The notes beneath the pieces were generated by a model, which searched no databases, was not told the DNA's origin, and was given only the letters and a program-made list of their open reading frames with translations. This document shows, piece after piece, positions 11,282 to 22,310 of a stretch of DNA of 64,000 nucleotides (position 1 is the first letter of the stretch; every line of letters begins with the position of its first letter). This DNA is from Histomonas meleagridis 2922-C6/04-290x (lineage: Eukaryota > Protista > Parabasalia). The position numbers and the translations under genes are program-made. Where the stretch lies: positions 123,210 through 187,209 of the forward strand of contig JAANOX010000265.1 in NCBI GenBank assembly GCA_020184695.1, in the 5' to 3' direction.

Positions 11282-11412
11282 TTTTTATCGAAAATTGAAT
11301 TAAATTCAATCGTTTTGTGTCTGTAAATACAAACCACAGAAAAACAACACAGCCCTCAAAAATCAATTCTTCAGAAAATTGAATAAGTTATACATTTTGG
11401 GTAAGAAAGTTC

Positions 11413-14400
11413 ATGCTTTTTTCTTTGTTTTCCTTGCATCTGGCGGTAGGTGCTTGGGCCCACGCAAGCCCAAATTCAAAAAGGAATCATATTGATTTAC
11501 ATAATGTACAAAACTCCAATAAATTAATTAATAGCATTTCATCACATCCACACTCTATTTATAATAAAGATGACATAGCAAGAGCCAAAGAAAATGCTGA
11601 AAAATACTCATGGGCACGAACACGTTATAATAGTATTGTAAATACTGCTAACTCCTATATGAGAAATTATAATGAAACAGTTATAAATAATTTAATTCCT
11701 CGTACCACGCCAGGAACCACCACCTTCTGCCCTAATTGTGTTAAGACTGGAAGGTTGTGGCATGCCAATGGTGATTGGTCATGGAATCGAAATAATCCAG
11801 ATCAAATCACATGTAATGTTTGTGGTATGCAATTTCCTAATTCTCAATATCCAGAAGATCTAGTTTATCAAAGTTCATGGGATCCACAACAAAAATTTAG
11901 TTATGTTGGTAGTGTTGGACCAGTTACATGTATGAGCTATACTAATTGTCGCTCATCACCAAGCGCAGTTATACGAGCCAAAAAGCTTCAACATCTTATA
12001 AGTGGACCACTTTATAATGTAGCTCTTGGATATTTACTTAGTAATGATACAGCTCATGCGCAATACGTCAAAAACATTTTATTAAAACTTTCTAATGTAA
12101 TGCCCAAATATTTAGTATATGAAGGCTATAGTTATAATGAATATGCAGATTGTAATCCACGTGTTGCCGCTAAGAACATATCTAATTTACCATCTTCATG
12201 TCGAAAGATTACATCTAGTGGTTATGATACTGAAGATAAAGAAATGTATAGTGCGTATTGGTCAGCAAGTCGATTAGGTTCAAGTGGAATGGATGGTTCA
12301 ATTGTTGGAAACATTGCGTTATCATTTGATTTCACAATTAATTCAGGTGTTTATACTGAAGAAGAAATCAACAAAATTAAAATAGATTTGATTGAGGAAG
12401 CTGCATATTTAGGTTATTGCGATGATTTAATTAATAATAAAGCAGTATCAAATAGACAAGGCGTAGCACTTGCAGGACTTGCAATCGATTTTGCAAATTT
12501 AACTCGTTTTGGACTTAATGGATTTATTCGTACAATTAATGAATGGTTTTTAGAAGATGGCTCAACATCTGAAAGTGCTGCGTATGGATTAATGACAATC
12601 AATGGTATTTTAAGGTTTGGTTATGCATTTCGTGATTATTCTGATCCTGATGATTATGTTCCATTAGAAGGAGAGACGAAATATACACATTTTAATGTGA
12701 ACACAGATACTTATTATGATCAAGTTTGGCAAAATATGATTTGGACTTTGCAGTCAAATATGTATTATCCTGTAATTGCTGATAGTTATGTTGATTCTAA
12801 ATTATCGACAACTCATTTAGACTTTATTAGTTTCACTTATCCATCAGAAGAAAATAATAAAGTTATATCAGAACTTACGAATCCGAATAATGTACCATCA
12901 ACAGAAAATTTATTTTATAGAGATCCAAGTTTAAATATTACTTCTACTAATAATAATACTGAATTATATAAATTACCTGATATAGTATTCCCTTATATAT
13001 CACAAGGTTTTATTCGGACTGGTGAATATGGAAGAAATTCTACAATAGTATTAGACGCAAGTAATTATGGTAATCATCATCATTATGATTCATTAAATAT
13101 TATTTATTGGAAAGATGGACATGAATTATTAAATGATCTTGGTTATCTTTGGGATCATGTCAATAAATCTCAAACAGTACAAACATTTGCTCATAATACT
13201 GTTGTTATAGATGGTAATAATCAAATAACAAAAGAAAGAAATGGAAGTTTTCATATATTTTCTTATGGTGATAATGTTAAAATAATGCAAGCATCATCTA
13301 ATGCATATAAAGAAGCAAACATTTATCAAAGAACTGTTACACAAATTGAACATGAAAACAAAAGTTATCTTGTTGATATATTTCGTGTTGAAAGTGGCGA
13401 CAAAAAACGACAATATATATTTCATGGAGTTAATCAAAATTATACATTAAAAAGTGATTTAAAGTTTACTGAACCAGAAGAACAAATTGAAGTCCGATTT
13501 GGGTTTAAACTTAATTTAGGAAGTTTAGGTTATATTGATGTATCTGATGTAAGTTTAAGAGAAGAATATTTAAATGGCACTTTAGGGCCTGAATATGCAA
13601 CAGCATTTCCAAATACTGTTGATAATAAATGTCCAGAAAATGGAACATGGTGTTATTATGTCGGAAATGGGAAATGTAAATGGGAATCAATTCCAGGATA
13701 TAAAACGCGTGGCGTAAAGTTCACTGCAACAGAAGCAAGTAATAATGTTGTTAATGTTGGACTTTATGTTGGTAATACAAATGGTTATATTGCACCAAAT
13801 TCATTCATTGGAAAAATCGGCTCAAGATATAAAGTTTCGTTCTATATGAGAGGCAATGTATTCCCAAATACTTATTGTCAATATTGGTCACCAGGAAATG
13901 AAAATAATTCATCCGGAAGAGTTTACTCGAAATTTAATTATGAAACGTCTACAAAAATTTCATCTGAATGGACTTTATACAAAGGTTATTTCGATATTGG
14001 CACAAGAATTTCTGATAAACTTTCTGGAACAACATTAAATCCTTGGGAAGTTAAATGGAATATTAATGAAAATTATTCATTTTCTGCTTATGTTCCTTCA
14101 AGGAAAAGTCCGGAAAAAGTATTTTATAATGATGGATGGGGTCAACGTTTTTATAATAACTCCGATTATGGAACAACTTTACCATATTTTTATATCCATA
14201 GAGCAACAAATGAAATTTCTTCTTTTGTTGTAGTATATGAAGGATATGAAAATGGTAAAAATATTATCGAAAACGTTGAAGTTGAAGATGATAATAATGG
14301 TAACGTTGGAATTAAAATTAAAACAAAAGATGGCGATGATTATGTGTTAAGTTCTTTTAATAACTCATTGTTAAATGTCTTCGGGAGAGAAACTGATGCA

Positions 14401-14874
14401 TCGATAGCAGTTGAATTATATAACAAAGAAATTGTTATATCAAATGGAACAAAATATAAAAACGATAAACCAAAATTCGAAACAAATAAATGTCAATGGA
14501 ATGGTTATACTGAATCTTATAATAATGATGACGAAAACAGTTGGTTTGTAATTTCTGGTGTAAATCCTTTAGATGTAAATGCACAAACTTTGTTTATCAC
14601 TTATGACGATGGAATAGAAAGAGCTTATCCAATATTTGACGTGGAAAAATCGGGAGGAAAAATTAAAGTTTATACAAGAAGAAATAGAAATGGATTTAGG
14701 ATTCATAGAAATGGGAATTGGAGAATTTCTAACTTCGAAGTTATTGATGGCTCAAAATTATCAACCGGTGAAATAGCCGCAATCGTTGTAGCTGCTTGTG
14801 TTGTTTTGGTATTAATTGTTTTCGGAATTGCTGTATTTGTAAAGAAAAGAGGAGAAAAAGATAACTTAGATTAA
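11413..14874 (+). CDS. Surface-anchored heparinase II/III-like polysaccharide lyase
   Basis: Signal peptide; CPxC...CxxCG region; WFLEDGSTSESAAYG; GNHHHYDSLN...GHELLNDLGY...AHNTVVIDG (heparinase II/III-type motifs); C-terminal TM LSTGEIAAIVVAACVVLVLIVFGIAVFVKKR. Confidence 0.83.
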   Translation: MLFSLFSLHLAVGAWAHASPNSKRNHIDLHNVQNSNKLINSISSHPHSIYNKDDIARAKENAEKYSWARTRYNSIVNTANSYMRNYNETVINNLIPRTTPGTTTFCPNCVKTGRLWHANGDWSWNRNNPDQITCNVCGMQFPNSQYPEDLVYQSSWDPQQKFSYVGSVGPVTCMSYTNCRSSPSAVIRAKKLQHLISGPLYNVALGYLLSNDTAHAQYVKNILLKLSNVMPKYLVYEGYSYNEYADCNPRVAAKNISNLPSSCRKITSSGYDTEDKEMYSAYWSASRLGSSGMDGSIVGNIALSFDFTINSGVYTEEEINKIKIDLIEEAAYLGYCDDLINNKAVSNRQGVALAGLAIDFANLTRFGLNGFIRTINEWFLEDGSTSESAAYGLMTINGILRFGYAFRDYSDPDDYVPLEGETKYTHFNVNTDTYYDQVWQNMIWTLQSNMYYPVIADSYVDSKLSTTHLDFISFTYPSEENNKVISELTNPNNVPSTENLFYRDPSLNITSTNNNTELYKLPDIVFPYISQGFIRTGEYGRNSTIVLDASNYGNHHHYDSLNIIYWKDGHELLNDLGYLWDHVNKSQTVQTFAHNTVVIDGNNQITKERNGSFHIFSYGDNVKIMQASSNAYKEANIYQRTVTQIEHENKSYLVDIFRVESGDKKRQYIFHGVNQNYTLKSDLKFTEPEEQIEVRFGFKLNLGSLGYIDVSDVSLREEYLNGTLGPEYATAFPNTVDNKCPENGTWCYYVGNGKCKWESIPGYKTRGVKFTATEASNNVVNVGLYVGNTNGYIAPNSFIGKIGSRYKVSFYMRGNVFPNTYCQYWSPGNENNSSGRVYSKFNYETSTKISSEWTLYKGYFDIGTRISDKLSGTTLNPWEVKWNINENYSFSAYVPSRKSPEKVFYNDGWGQRFYNNSDYGTTLPYFYIHRATNEISSFVVVYEGYENGKNIIENVEVEDDNNGNVGIKIKTKDGDDYVLSSFNNSLLNVFGRETDASIAVELYNKEIVISNGTKYKNDKPKFETNKCQWNGYTESYNNDDENSWFVISGVNPLDVNAQTLFITYDDGIERAYPIFDVEKSGGKIKVYTRRNRNGFRIHRNGNWRISNFEVIDGSKLSTGEIAAIVVAACVVLVLIVFGIAVFVKKRGEKDNLD

Positions 14875-14972
14875 TAAATATGTTTTTTCATGAAAATTGA
14901 ATTTTTTCGAAAATACGTTAAAAAATTAGAAATGATTTCAATGGTTTACGCCAACGGGTAACGTTTCCTAAT

Positions 14973-17216
14973 ATGTATCGGCTCGATGCAATTAAAGCAG
15001 CGAACCCCCTTTTAAATGTTTTTTCATGTCAAATGATTCTTTTAGAAAAGGTATTGATCATGAATGGGCCAAATGCAGATGAACATCATTTATTAATAGC
15101 AACACCTGGAGTATTTATTCTTAAGGCAAAGAAAATATTTTCAAGATCCTTAAGAATTCTTAAATCATTCCCGTTTTATGAAATTACATCAGTAGATGTT
15201 GATCCAACTTGCTTTTCTATATCAACACGAAATCAAAAAATGACAATTAAACATATCTCTCATATAAAAATAGCAAGTAAAATAGTTAATATACGATGCG
15301 CTTTATTTGACACAGAATGCTATCCAATAACAATAAATATTGATGAATCGATAAAAGATTCTTTTGAAAATCAACTTTATAATTATCATACAACATCACT
15401 TTTAAATGACCGCTTTTTATCTTGTGTTGCAAAGTATCGGCCATCAGATGTTTCTACATTAAATTCAATTTGTGATTATTTATCTAAAATACAAAACACA
15501 TTTATAATTGATCAATCTACAATTGATCTTCCTTATGTCCATTCAATTTCAGTAGCCCTCTCAACACATCAAGAACTCAATGAGTTAAGAATCAATCATC
15601 TAGATTTCTCAGTAACATTTCCAGTATTATTAACAATTATGCGCCGAAGTCGTACAATTCTTCGATTTGTTATGAAAGGTGTCACATTTAACAATTCCAT
15701 ATCATATTTTTTAATCTCAATGAATAATCATCCAAATTTTGCACCAAGCGAATGGATTTTTGAGGAATGCGAATTCGATTGTCCTTATGCAGGTGCCTTT
15801 TTTGAATGTTTCATCAAGTTTCAAGGCTCAATTCGCGTTCTTACATTTAACCGTTGTAAATTTACAAAACCGTTATTTGGCACTTTTTGTCAAACGGTTT
15901 TATTTTCGCGGTGTTTTTATTCATTAGAAACATTATGGATTACTGATGTTATTTTTCCTGATGATGTAGTATCTTTTCTTATACAACTTTTTGGATCTGA
16001 TTGGTTAACAAAGACTCAAAGTATTCGAACATTAGCAGTCATTGATTGTTGTCTTCAAGTTGATCAACTTTTTAGTCAAATCCAAGACTTTAAAACAGGT
16101 ATTGTTACATTTAATTTTAGTGGAAATACTTTTTATTGTGCACCAATTCTTAAATCAGAGAATTCTTTATCACCACAATTAAATCTCATTTTTTCAAAAT
16201 GTGCATTTGCAGACGATGCCCTTGCTGGCTTATTTACAGCCCTTTCCAACCACAAAGGGCGAAGTTTACAACTTGATTGTTGTTCAATATATGCATCTGC
16301 AGATGGTTGGAAACTATTTAGTAAAATCGAAACTACCATAGTATTGCCCACCCTCACAGGTCTTGTTTGGGACAAGAATCCTATCACCACAGAAAATGTC
16401 AATGATTTCATATCATTTTTAAAGAACCAGCCAAAGCTTTCCACGTTATCCATATCGGATTGTATCACCAATGACTCATCTATTCTTAAGTCATTTCTTT
16501 TATATTTTCGTGTATCGTCCCTTCAATCTTTGACGATTCGCTCCACGACCAAGCAGACAGTACTTGGGCCAGCTCTAACGCCACTTATTGAGGCGGCGAT
16601 GATGCATTCCACCTTGAAATCATTAGATATCACTGGTCAATGTATCGGCGATTTCGACATCATCAAAATTATACGTCAAATGAAGACAGACATGGAAACG
16701 TTTTATTTCGAAGGGAATAACATCAGCACATCCACCGAACAATTGATACAAATCTTAGAAATGTTATTAAAGAAGAATTTGAAGACATTTTCATGGCCCG
16801 AAAATGACTTAAAGAAAGTTTTGTTAAATCTTCCAGAGCCAAAACGTATTGAAGCTAATATGAAAATAAATAATGTTAAGAACGAATACATCAAAAAATA
16901 CGGAAACATTTCATGTAACGAAAATAATTCGATCGATATAACGAATGAGTTGAATACGATAATGGAATTTAACTCGAAAATCGAGCCGAATTTGGAAGAG
17001 AAAAACGAATGTTTGATGAAAATAGGATTTAAGCATAAGAATACATCGAAGGAGTTGATCAATAACGTTGTGTTTAGGGCTAAAGATAACGAAATCGAAG
17101 AATTGATGAGAGAATGCGGTGTAAATGGCGACGATGATCCAATAAGAGAAATTTATGATACATTAAGTCAGGAGTTCACTATAGAAAACTTGAAAAATAG
17201 TTTGTTTAACCATTGA
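14973..17216 (+). CDS. RNI-like LRR protein, CARMIL-like
   Basis: PH-like N-terminus, then LxxLxL repeats (LETLWI, FNFSGN, LKSLDITGQCIGD). Confidence 0.65.
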   Translation: MYRLDAIKAANPLLNVFSCQMILLEKVLIMNGPNADEHHLLIATPGVFILKAKKIFSRSLRILKSFPFYEITSVDVDPTCFSISTRNQKMTIKHISHIKIASKIVNIRCALFDTECYPITINIDESIKDSFENQLYNYHTTSLLNDRFLSCVAKYRPSDVSTLNSICDYLSKIQNTFIIDQSTIDLPYVHSISVALSTHQELNELRINHLDFSVTFPVLLTIMRRSRTILRFVMKGVTFNNSISYFLISMNNHPNFAPSEWIFEECEFDCPYAGAFFECFIKFQGSIRVLTFNRCKFTKPLFGTFCQTVLFSRCFYSLETLWITDVIFPDDVVSFLIQLFGSDWLTKTQSIRTLAVIDCCLQVDQLFSQIQDFKTGIVTFNFSGNTFYCAPILKSENSLSPQLNLIFSKCAFADDALAGLFTALSNHKGRSLQLDCCSIYASADGWKLFSKIETTIVLPTLTGLVWDKNPITTENVNDFISFLKNQPKLSTLSISDCITNDSSILKSFLLYFRVSSLQSLTIRSTTKQTVLGPALTPLIEAAMMHSTLKSLDITGQCIGDFDIIKIIRQMKTDMETFYFEGNNISTSTEQLIQILEMLLKKNLKTFSWPENDLKKVLLNLPEPKRIEANMKINNVKNEYIKKYGNISCNENNSIDITNELNTIMEFNSKIEPNLEEKNECLMKIGFKHKNTSKELINNVVFRAKDNEIEELMRECGVNGDDDPIREIYDTLSQEFTIENLKNSLFNH

Positions 17217-17482
17217 ATACAAATGTTTTCATAATAAAATGTTATTTATCTTTCTATTTTTAATGCTGTAAAATCTCTTAAACAAAATTCTGTTGAATGG
17301 AACAAAATGTGTTTGAAAAACCTTTTTTACTTACTCGTATCTTATGAAGATTAAGCTTATCCCAAATAATAACCATACATTATAGGTGAAGGTATTCAGT
17401 TAGGTGTACGAAATAAATGCTTTAAACAAAGTGAAGTTAAAAAAAAACGGTCTTACACCAATATTCGGAAAGTGACTCTTCC

Positions 17483-19553
17483 ATGTTTGAATGGGATGAT
17501 AATAATGAGAATGATTATAATGTTATCATACGAAGCTCTTTGAAAAAGAAATATGAAGGGGTAAATAAGCAAAAGATTTTCAAGGAATTACTTATTCCAC
17601 TTGAACATATTTTACTTAATTTAACAACAAAGAATCTGAAATCAACAGTTCAAGAAACAATAAAATTATTTGACCAAAATTTATCATTTTCATTTAATGT
17701 TGTTATTAATAATTTGGTATATAATACTTTTTATTTATCATTTAATCAACCTATAGATCTTTACTTTAAATATTTAACAATAATTCAAAATAAAGAAGAA
17801 GAAATTCTTCAAAACAAAAGCAAAATTATGGACATTTTTATTGATTATATCACTAAAATCAAAACACAAGAATCATATTATTTAATTGAAAAAATGATTC
17901 AATTAGGCATTGTTGAAAAAAATATTGCAAAACAAATTTTATCATTACTTCTTTTTCATTATCATGATCATTTTTTCGAACGAGATCCTTTTTTTGATGA
18001 TTTTTTGTCAAATTATGAAGAACTATCAAAGAATGATTGGGAACTTCATAAAAAATATATTAAAGAAGGACATAATCCAAATGAAATAGCAAAAATAATT
18101 CGAAATGATGAAATAGAAAAACTTCAAGAAATATCATCACAACATAATTTTGATTTTAATCAAACAATTAAACCATCACTTTATGAAAGATGTTCATTTA
18201 TTAATCGAGAAAATGTTACATTAATTGATTCTGCAGCATTTTTTGGATCAGTTAAATGTTTTAAATATTTACTTATGAATGGTTCAAAATTAGAAAATGC
18301 AGGTAAATATGCAATTGCAGGTGGAAATGAAGAAATCATTCATTTATGTGAGCAAAATCATTCATCATTTGAAAATGCTTATGAAACAGCAATTATGTTT
18401 CATCGATATGATATCTTTAAATATCTTTATGAAAATAAAATTGGAAAAACTGATTTTAATATTAATAATTTGGGTTCTCTTTGTATAACAACAGGTAGTT
18501 ATGAAATTCTTTTGTATTTGGAAGAGTTAAATATGAAAATTGATGATTCACTTATTATTGAATCAATAAAATTTAATAATTTGTATCTTCTTGATCATTT
18601 TCTTCAATATACTCAAGATCCAAGCAATATATTCTTAAAATCATTTGAATCGGAAAACATTGAACTTGTAAAATTAATTCTTGATAACTTAGATATTAAT
18701 ATTAATTATGAAAATGTTTCACTATTTCATATGAAATAACATTTCATATATTTAATGTTTCAAATTAAATTTTAGGAATTATATATAAAATTTAATGCTC
18801 CAATTTTTATAGCAACTAAGAAAGGGTATACAGAAACAGTTAAATTAATTCTTGAACAAAAAGAAATTGATGTAAATGCTAAGGATATTTATTTGTTTTA
18901 TATCGTATTTATTTTAATAATTTTATATTTCAAAACAATATTTGGAAATTATTTGAGTTGTTTGATGCAGCACTTATTTTAGCGTCTTCAAGTGGTCACA
19001 CAGAAATAGTTAAATTATTACTTGAACAGAAATATATTAATATTAATGTTAAAAATATTTATTTGTTTTATATCATATTTATTTTAATAATTTTTTATTT
19101 CAAAATAATATTTGGAAATTATTTAAATTATTTGATACAGCACTTATGAGTGCATCTTCAAATGGTCATACTGAAATAGTTAAATTATTACTTGAACAGA
19201 AATATATTAATATCAATGTTAAAAATATTTATTTGTTTCATTTGATATTTATTTTAATAATTTTTTTTTCAAAATAATATTTGGAAATTATTTAAATTAT
19301 TTAAAACAGCACTTATATTAGCATCTGAAAATGGTCATACAGAAATAGTTAAATTACTTCTTGAACAAAAAGGAATTGATATTAATGCTAAAGATATTTA
19401 TTTGTTTTATTTAAAATTTAATTTAATAATTTTCTATTTCAAAATAATATTTGGAAATTATTAAAAATATTTAAAACTGCTTTTAAACATGCAGTTGAAA
19501 AAGAATATAACAAAATAGTTAATTTATTATTTGCTAAAGGTGCATGGTATTAA
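17483..19553 (+). CDS. DUF3447-type plus ankyrin-repeat gene; 3' part interrupted by repeated spacers
   Basis: ORF 17483..18739 (FDFNQTIKPSLYERC...AAFFGSVKCFKYLL...AIAGGNEEIIHLCEQ), then four 90-nt ankyrin blocks (18797, 18967, 19137, 19306) and a terminal block at 19476 ending in TAA at 19551-19553. Confidence 0.72.
18716..19475 (+). other. Five intron-like AT-rich spacers (81, 80, 80, 79, 80 nt) between ankyrin coding blocks
   Basis: Spacers at 18716-18796, 18887-18966, 19057-19136, 19227-19305 and 19396-19475. The last four start ATTTATTTG and share TAATAATTTT and ATATTTGGAAATT. Confidence 0.7.
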
Positions 19554-20055
19554 CTCCATAAAGCTTCTAAAATTTTTATTTGAATTGTGCAAAATTTAAA
19601 TTTATTAACATCAACTTAAGTAAAAATCCACAAAATATCAATAATTTCTATAATTTTTATCATTCTTATTAATTTCTTTCTTATAATTCTTATGATTTTT
19701 ATTAATATCAATCAAATTGTTTATATCCAAAGTTGGAATTTTCCATATTCTAAAGTAGAATATGTTTCTTTGAAATTAACAAATAAACTTATTTTCCTGT
19801 ATACAATGTTTTTTTCCTACTTTCTGCTATTGAATCGAAATTTTTTTGTTTGCTTTGCTCCACAAACAACACGAATGCGCATTCTTGTTTAAATGCAAAA
19901 TGATTTATTTCTCATGTTTATTTGAAAACAAAACATTGTCCTTCTTGTTAAATTTGATTTATAAAGAATATTTTCTTTTATAAATTTATGAAAGCAAATT
20001 TATTTGTGCTCATTAATCTAAATCGTATATTTTTATCGCAAAACTACAATATTTT

Positions 20056-21006
20056 TTACTTATTTGAAGTGTTTCTTTCGAAAAAGACAATATTTTCATT
20101 TCTTGACGACATCTGTGATATACTTATCTTATCATTCCGATTTATTTCTTGTGTAAGTAATGGAACACTGTTAACATCTGTATGTGCAATTTCAATAATT
20201 TCTTCATGTTTAAATTTGTTCCATTTTCGACAGCAAACCACAAATCCGTATCCAATGAATATCACTGCTATAAGAAGTCCGACAGAAAATGCTACAAACA
20301 TCCAACCACTCCATGGGTTTTCATTACAATTAATTAAATACTCATTCGTATTTGGAGATAATTTATCAAGTGAAAACTGTTCAATGCTTTGGAAATTACA
20401 CTCCCCAGAATAACGCTTTGATAATTGGCTTTTAAATGAAAATCCTGGTTTAAGGATTTTGGGAACTACTACAAAAATAAACGGTTCCGATAACGATATG
20501 TCGTTAACGGTCGCGTTCTCCGCAGACGAAAATGGTTCCATTGTTTTTAATGATGATTCTGTATAAATGTAACTGTTTAAATTACGACTCATTAGGTCTA
20601 CTTTTTGTTCATATGTTGAACTTAAAGGAATAATACATTGTGATTTTTCATATGAATAAGAATGAAATATTATTTGAGCATGTGCTTTTTTGGGAAATGA
20701 AATTAAAGATGTGATGCCGTCATTACATAATTTCACTGGAAGAAGCCAAACTTCTATATTAACTGTTGTTCCACATGTTATTGAAATTTGTGTTACATTT
20801 TTAACAACAAAATTTAAACCTGTGGGATGGAAAGCTTGTGTTTTATCTTCTTTGCTAATTGTTACTTCAATTGAATTTTCAAAAGTATTGGGAAATGAAA
20901 AAAATGAAATTTCACTCAAATCAGGTTCAAAAATTGTTGTAGAGTTGAGAGAAATTTTGTGAAATCCTGTTTTAAGCTTCAACGTAATGAGAAACAGGAA
21001 AAACAT
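20056..21006 (-). CDS. Type I membrane protein, unknown function
   Basis: Hydrophobic N-terminus, Cys-containing ectodomain, TM WMFVAFSVGLLIAVIFIGYGFVVCC then RK. Confidence 0.7.
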   Translation of the reverse strand: MFFLFLITLKLKTGFHKISLNSTTIFEPDLSEISFFSFPNTFENSIEVTISKEDKTQAFHPTGLNFVVKNVTQISITCGTTVNIEVWLLPVKLCNDGITSLISFPKKAHAQIIFHSYSYEKSQCIIPLSSTYEQKVDLMSRNLNSYIYTESSLKTMEPFSSAENATVNDISLSEPFIFVVVPKILKPGFSFKSQLSKRYSGECNFQSIEQFSLDKLSPNTNEYLINCNENPWSGWMFVAFSVGLLIAVIFIGYGFVVCCRKWNKFKHEEIIEIAHTDVNSVPLLTQEINRNDKISISQMSSRNENIVFFERNTSNK

Positions 21007-21259
21007 AAACCAATGACAGCACTACTCTGTATATTTCAATGATTTACATGGATCAATTGTATAGAAAACCGTGTAAATAAAATATACATTTGTTAAAAAA
21101 ACAACAAATGGTTTGTTATGGCTGCTATATAAGCTTTTCGTATATCTGAGATTTTATGATTATTAGCACAAACAACATGCTCACTAAAAAAATATTTTTT
21201 ATTGAATTGAAAAAAATGATCATTTTTATTATTAATTTTCGTATGTTGCAACATATTTA

Positions 21260-22013
21260 CCCTGATGTCTTTCCAATTCGCGATTTTTACGACCGTTAAT
21301 AGTATTCAAAAAATAGTAAACGGCCTAGTGTGGCCACAATGCACAGCAATATATTTCCAGGAAAACCCCATAAAGACTACACGAATTACAAAAAAAGGCC
21401 AATGCTCGAATGTGTTATAACTCAAATTTCAAGAGGATACCCAAGAATTTCTAAGATTGCACAAACAAGTAAAATTCCTGATTCCACACTAAGATCCTGG
21501 AAAGATAAATTAAAGCATAATCCTGCTTGGAGACCATGGAATAATGATCATGGAAGTGGTCATAGGATATTTACGAACATAGAAGAACAATCAATTAAGG
21601 ATTTTATTGTCTGTTGTTTTTTACAACCAAGTTTTGTATTTACCAATGAAGACTTCATAATAATCGCTATGAATGCAGAAACTCTGAAGATTAAATTATA
21701 TTTCATACCACCCGGTATGACTGATGAATTTCAACCATTAGATCGAAGGGTCTTCGGGTGTTTGAAGGCTACAGCACGTTATCTGTTTCGAAAAGAGTAC
21801 AATCAAAACAATGAAAAAAAATTTACCAAATTACAAGCAGCACAATGCATGGTTTGAGCATGGGAACACCTGCAACCCAATATAATTCAAGAATCTTGGT
21901 CAATCTATGAATAAAACATTTATTCATTAATTTTCTTTCAGACAGAAAGTATTCATATTGAGAGAAACGGTTTTTAACGGTCGTAAAAATCGCGAATTGG
22001 AAAGACATCAGGG
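21260..22013 (+). mobile_element. Internally deleted pogo-like (DDE_1) DNA transposon, non-autonomous
   Basis: Perfect 40-bp TIRs (21260-21299 and 21974-22013) flanked by TA on both sides. ORF 21330..21857 joins an HTH (KIPDSTLRSW) to the DDE_1 C-terminal motif PPGMTDEFQPLDRRVFGCLK, with most of the catalytic core missing. Confidence 0.9.
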
Positions 22014-22310
22014 TATGTAAACACTAAACACATAGATTGAATTACATGCATTTAATTATAAAAAAGAAATGAAATTATTTTTACGTTGATAATTGCTTAT
22101 GGTTATCTTTTATATTATTATATGTTGAATTTATTATAAGTAAAAAGCAGTGTTTTTGCTAACAAATTATTTGTTTATTGTAATTTTTTGTGAATTGAAA
22201 TTTTAAATTTTGTATTTTTCCTAAAAAATTCGACTTAAATATTCTATTTGCAGTAGATTCCTAAAAATTATTTTGACTTATGGTCTTTTATAAAGAAAAT
22301 ATAGTCATTT

